Assembly: GCA_016840065.1 (NCBI GenBank)
Contig: JAEOTB010000078.1
Location: forward strand, 1-40,799
DNA length: 40,799 bases
Direction of reading: 5' to 3'
From: Candidatus Hermodarchaeota archaeon
Lineage (GTDB): Archaea > Asgardarchaeota > Hermodarchaeia > Hermodarchaeales > Hermodarchaeaceae
The notes under the pieces were generated by a model. It was given only the letters and a program-made list of their open reading frames with translations. It had not been told where the DNA came from and made no database searches. Of this stretch, positions 36,823 through 40,799 are shown piece by piece; positions within the stretch are counted from its first letter, which is position 1; each line of letters starts with the position of its first letter. Made by a program: the position numbers and the translations under genes.

Positions 36823-38879
36823 GCGACACAGATTCCCAAGTGTTCATTGGCTTTGACATACTTCCTCAACATTCACCTTCATCTAAAGCCCAACCCAGAT
36901 ATGCCATAGCAGTGATTAAGGGCGAATCTGTTGAGACATTCGGCTCGATGAGCCGCCAGAAATTGCTCAAGATAATTAGGCAACATATACCATCCGTGGT
37001 CGCCACAGACAATATCATGGAGCTTGCACCGACAGAAAAGACAGTAATCGATTTTCTATCCAAAGTTCCAGCCAGAACAAAAGTCATCCAAGTCACAGGA
37101 TCGCCAGTCCACGGAATGATTCCTCTTGCTACCCTAGCTAAACGCCACGGATTGCCAGTATTAGGACATCCAAATCCTACAGAAACTGCGGTCTTAGCAG
37201 CCAAGCTAGCATCATTGGGTGTTGGTACTGAAATTGCAGTACTAGCCCGTGAAACGAAAATCGTTGTTTCGAGAGCCAGAACAGTAAGAGCAGGAGGATT
37301 CTCTCAGGGACGATTACAGCGGCGTATGCATGGAGCAATTCTACAAATTTCTCGAGGCCTTAAAGAAAAACTCGCAAAAAACGAACTAGATTACGACTAT
37401 TACGAAACAGCCACAGCACACGGCTTGTCCCGGTGTATCTTCTACATCTACGATTCCTTTGAACGAATTGTGAAGCTTATTCAACCTCATATCAATCGAA
37501 TATCCGGTGTCTTGGTAAAAATCTCACCAGTTAAACACAAATCAATTGTATACTTATCTTCAACTAATAAGGAAGCTGATTCCAAAGTTAGAAGGCGGCT
37601 AGTTGTGGGAATTGATGCAGGGACTACAATCGGTATTGCTGTAGCGGATGTAACTGGGAAACTCCTTACCCTTCAAAGCGGCAAAGGCATGTCACGCGGC
37701 GAGGTTATACGTAGCCTAATAGATATGGGTTCACCTGTCCTCATCACCACCGATGTCACACCAGCACCATCTTTTGTAGAGAAATTGAGCAAATCATTGA
37801 AAACACCACTATTCACACCCCATCGGGTTCTTTCCGTTGTTGAAAAACGCGAACTCGCCAATGCCTTTGCTGCATCCTCTAAGCTAAAACCTAGTAACTC
37901 TCACCAGAGAGACGCATTGGCTTCAGTTGCAGCAGTATTTCAGGCTTATGAACGCAAACTTGACCTTCTTAGGAAACGGCTTATGGATATGAGCCGACTC
38001 CAACTCGCTGAGGAGGCAGCCACTTTGATTTTACGTGATTTCTCAGTTCATGATGCGATTCAACAGACACTAGATGCAACTGAGCCAGCTCAAGAGCCTG
38101 TTACTTTACAAAAGACTTCTAGAATAAAGGAAGAACCCCCTTCGATGGATGAACTATTACAGATGGTTAAACGACTACAACGCCAAGTAGATTCTCTACA
38201 ACGCCAATTGGAATATAAACAAACACAATATCAAGAGAGTCTTACAGCCCAGCAACTTCACAAAGATGAATTAAGGACAACGAGGAGGCAACTTGATCAG
38301 GTTCTACGCCTTGAGAGCAGAGAACAACGCATGGATGAAAGGCTCCGACAAAAGGATCGAGAAATCAAGAGGCTTCGCCAAACAGTTAGTGAATTTCGTA
38401 CCCAAATAGAGGAAATGAAAAGATCTATGATGAACATGACACTGATGCGCCGACTAGAACTGCGAGGCGAAGTGCAACCTGTTCACATCCTTCGAAGGTT
38501 TTCCCAAGAAGAAACCCGATTACTTCGAGAAAGATATGGACCCAGACGGGTCAAGTTTGTATGTATTCTTGATCCTAGCGGGGGTGGCGCTACTACCGCA
38601 GACAAACTAATCGAACTCGGTGTAAAAATCGTGATTTCAAAGGGTAAAATGTCACATCTAGCATTGCGCCAGTTCAATACTGCACAAATACCCGTCCTAG
38701 AAGCAGAAGAACTGAAAATCACAATCATCGACGAATTTGGTATGGTAGACATTGGGCAGCTCGAAGAACGACTTGACGAGTGGCAGAGAATATATCTTGA
38801 GAAGGAACGGGAAGCTGCTGCGGAGGACCTTGAGCGACTTGTTGAGAAATATCGCCAAGAACGCCGACAGGGAAAATAA
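36819..38879 (+). CDS. DUF460-domain protein (RNase H-like domains plus coiled coil)
   Basis: IGFDI..HSP, ATDNIMEL, QVTG, SRAR...GGFSQ, VVGIDAGTTIG, DVTPAP, HQRDALA, C-terminal LVEKYRQER. Confidence 0.88.
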   Translation: MSDTDSQVFIGFDILPQHSPSSKAQPRYAIAVIKGESVETFGSMSRQKLLKIIRQHIPSVVATDNIMELAPTEKTVIDFLSKVPARTKVIQVTGSPVHGMIPLATLAKRHGLPVLGHPNPTETAVLAAKLASLGVGTEIAVLARETKIVVSRARTVRAGGFSQGRLQRRMHGAILQISRGLKEKLAKNELDYDYYETATAHGLSRCIFYIYDSFERIVKLIQPHINRISGVLVKISPVKHKSIVYLSSTNKEADSKVRRRLVVGIDAGTTIGIAVADVTGKLLTLQSGKGMSRGEVIRSLIDMGSPVLITTDVTPAPSFVEKLSKSLKTPLFTPHRVLSVVEKRELANAFAASSKLKPSNSHQRDALASVAAVFQAYERKLDLLRKRLMDMSRLQLAEEAATLILRDFSVHDAIQQTLDATEPAQEPVTLQKTSRIKEEPPSMDELLQMVKRLQRQVDSLQRQLEYKQTQYQESLTAQQLHKDELRTTRRQLDQVLRLESREQRMDERLRQKDREIKRLRQTVSEFRTQIEEMKRSMMNMTLMRRLELRGEVQPVHILRRFSQEETRLLRERYGPRRVKFVCILDPSGGGATTADKLIELGVKIVISKGKMSHLALRQFNTAQIPVLEAEELKITIIDEFGMVDIGQLEERLDEWQRIYLEKEREAAAEDLERLVEKYRQERRQGK

Positions 38880-38900
38880 ACCAGAACCTACTACGGTATA

Positions 38901-39146
38901 CTAGCTTTCCCAGATTATTTGAGATAAATCAGGTTTTATGTAAAGAATGTTATTTCCTCGTATGAGAACCTCACCAAACTTCGAGGTAGGCTTGCCATCT
39001 TCTAGTTCCTCAGCACCTTCTAAAACAAGATTCATGTAGACATCAATCTCTTTAAGACGCCCTCTGTATTCTTTCCCGTCCTTGAGTTTGATAAGCACTA
39101 TACCGTCAATAGCTTTCCGTAGTATTCTGATTGGTTGATTTTCCAC
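38901..39146 (-). CDS. Sm-like archaeal protein (Lsm/SmAP)
   Basis: Sm1 VLIKLKDGKEYRGRL..D.YMNLVL..AEE; Sm2 GEVLIRGNNI. Confidence 0.95.
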   Translation of the reverse strand: MENQPIRILRKAIDGIVLIKLKDGKEYRGRLKEIDVYMNLVLEGAEELEDGKPTSKFGEVLIRGNNILYIKPDLSQIIWES

Positions 39147-39282
39147 TGTAATCCATCCTGAGGATATATGCGCTAAACAGAATGCGACTCTTAAACATAT
39201 TGGAAAATAAAGGATTTCCTTCGATTATAGTACGAGCTTCTAGTTTGTTTCTCAATTTGGGTTCTCAAGATGTATTTGGTTG

Positions 39283-39828
39283 TTATAGCCGATGGAGAAT
39301 GATACCAACATCCTCACCCGCAAGACCGTGTAATTCGGCGATTTGCGTTGTTCTCCCTTCTACAAGCTTTGATAACATATCGAGTGACAAACCTCTTGAA
39401 AATCGATCTCTTAATATGGTCAATCCCAAAAGCCCACCTTGTCTGCTAATTCTCAGAAGCTCCTCAACACCTTGCTTCACATCCGAAAGATTCTGTAATA
39501 CAGTAATACTCACGATAGTAGGGAAGATTTCAGGTCGGAAAGGTAGCTCTGTAACCGTTGCACACACCAAAGAAACCTTTTCACTGAATCTTTTGCTAGT
39601 TTTAACCATCTTGTGAGCGACATGCAACATCCCAATAGAGCCGTCAACACCCACCACAAGACCCTGACTCACAAGTGATGATAGACCAATTCCTGTTCCA
39701 ACACCAACATCTATCACGAGTCCTTCATGAAGATATTGTGCAACAATCTGATACTTCGTTCGCTGAATCTGAAAATAACGGCTGTGATATACAGATGCAG
39801 ATTCGTTATACAGCGGTATCTTCGACAA
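39283..39828 (-). CDS. Class I SAM-dependent methyltransferase
   Basis: VIDVGVGTG, VGVDGS..ML, LPFR, SITVLQN. Confidence 0.88.
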   Translation of the reverse strand: MSKIPLYNESASVYHSRYFQIQRTKYQIVAQYLHEGLVIDVGVGTGIGLSSLVSQGLVVGVDGSIGMLHVAHKMVKTSKRFSEKVSLVCATVTELPFRPEIFPTIVSITVLQNLSDVKQGVEELLRISRQGGLLGLTILRDRFSRGLSLDMLSKLVEGRTTQIAELHGLAGEDVGIILHRL

Positions 39829-39899
39829 GTCGACACCACTAGTATCAAGCCAGCGTAAAGCTATTTATCCCTATTGACCATCAGCGCTGTGAATTCGAC

Positions 39900-40700
39900 A
39901 TGAAGCACATAGGATTGGATCTGAATCAACAGGTCTGGGTTGTACAATTAGCTAGTCCTCAAGAGGCAAAAATTGTTCTCGAGCAGGCGATACGCCAGAA
40001 ACGCTTCATACAAATCCTAGGAGAAAACCATGTAGAATATCAGGGTCGTGCGCGTTCTGTTCTTACAGAAGGTGAGCGCCTCATCATCCTGAAACGCGAT
40101 GGTACACTCCTCGTTCACAAACCCAGCGGTGTTGAGCCAGTGAATTGGCAGCCCTCAGGAGCAACATTCAAAGTCGCAGTAAAAGAGGGAAAACTCGTCC
40201 TTCTCGTAAACCGTGCCAAACCACGCGAAACAGTCCGCATCACATTCACCAAGATACTTCTAATCATTGCCAGCAACCTTGACGACCCCGGCGAGTTTAG
40301 CATGTTTTTAACCGAAGAGGAGATGCAACGCGTCCTTAGCGCCCATCCCGAACTCATCGAAAATGGGCTCAGAATCATCCGCCGAGAGCGCCAAGTTGCA
40401 CCGGGTTTCATCGACATCTACGCTAGAGACTCAGAAGGAAGACTGGTTATAGTTGAAATCAAATGCCGCCGCGCCAGCCGTGAAGCCGTCCTCCAACTCC
40501 AAAGCTACCTTAAAAGCCTCCAGAAAGAAACAGACACACATATCCGTGGCATTCTAGTAGCACCCAGCCTAACAAAAGGAACACTAGGACTTCTAGAACA
40601 ACTTGGACTCGAATTCAGAAAAATCGAACCACAACAATGCTACAAATACATACATCAGACTGCGACACGACGGCTAACCGAATTCACAGAAAACGAATAA
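39900..40700 (+). CDS. nucS: Endonuclease NucS/EndoMS
   Basis: VEYQGRARS, ILKRDGTLLVH, EPVNWQP, IDIYARD, VEIK, AVLQL..Y, RGILVAP. Confidence 0.95.
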   Translation: MKHIGLDLNQQVWVVQLASPQEAKIVLEQAIRQKRFIQILGENHVEYQGRARSVLTEGERLIILKRDGTLLVHKPSGVEPVNWQPSGATFKVAVKEGKLVLLVNRAKPRETVRITFTKILLIIASNLDDPGEFSMFLTEEEMQRVLSAHPELIENGLRIIRRERQVAPGFIDIYARDSEGRLVIVEIKCRRASREAVLQLQSYLKSLQKETDTHIRGILVAPSLTKGTLGLLEQLGLEFRKIEPQQCYKYIHQTATRRLTEFTENE

Positions 40701-40710
40701 CGAAACCAGC

Positions 40711-40799
40711 TCAACTATCCTTCTGTACTACCTGCTGAGCAATTTGACGAAACGCCGCGTTTACGTTCTTTCCATCCTTCGCGCTAGTCTCGTAATAAA
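40711..40799 (-). CDS. C-terminus of a Ras-superfamily (Rab-like) small GTPase; partial
   Basis: Minus strand reads YYETSAKDGKNVNAAFRQIAQQVVQKDS*: G5 ETSAK plus the final helix. Not in the ORF track. Confidence 0.85.
   Translation of the reverse strand, partial: YYETSAKDGKNVNAAFRQIAQQVVQKDS

Noticed and set aside
1-40799. tRNA, rRNA, SRP RNA, C/D-box sRNA, CRISPR array or IS element
   Set aside because: All intergenic gaps are under about 275 nt, and none showed a cloverleaf, paired C/D boxes, regular repeats or a transposase by eye. A covariance-model scan would be needed to exclude small RNAs.

Overview
Gene-dense, mostly core-genome region of an archaeon, very probably an Asgard archaeon. 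That call is inferred from four roadblock proteins, a stand-alone longin protein, a Rab-like GTPase fragment and rpS30e alongside archaeal information-processing genes. From left to right: mcm (runs off the left edge, missed by the ORF track, carrying an intact 529-aa LAGLIDADG intein in Walker A), gins, cdc6/orc1, a Zn-ribbon protein, glmS, elp3, rps30e; nop5-flpA-DUF61-HTH-trm1-rlmE; TFE-beta, tfb, gar1, srp19; hypA, rps8e, hypE; a longin gene and scpB-scpA-smc; a cluster of four roadblock genes around an MglA-family GTPase; uppS, a degenerate NYN protein, a coiled-coil protein, an ACD beta subunit, a GPN GTPase, an XRE regulator, a polyprenol kinase and an HD protein; nurA-herA without mre11/rad50, ArsR, rio2, DUF460, Lsm, a methyltransferase, nucS, and the 3' end of a Rab-like small GTPase at the right edge. 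The most notable items are: (1) the four-roadblock + MglA module, which includes a dynein-light-chain-like member and an MglB-like member with a C-terminal helix, next to smc-scpAB and a longin gene; (2) a full-length tfb frame with no ATG/GTG/TTG ahead of its zinc ribbon, best explained by an SD-preceded ACG in an ATGA-type overlap with gar1; (3) a probable ATA start on a catalytically degenerate NYN gene. No tRNA, rRNA, CRISPR array or IS element was recognised. All calls are by eye from motifs; no database searches were run.
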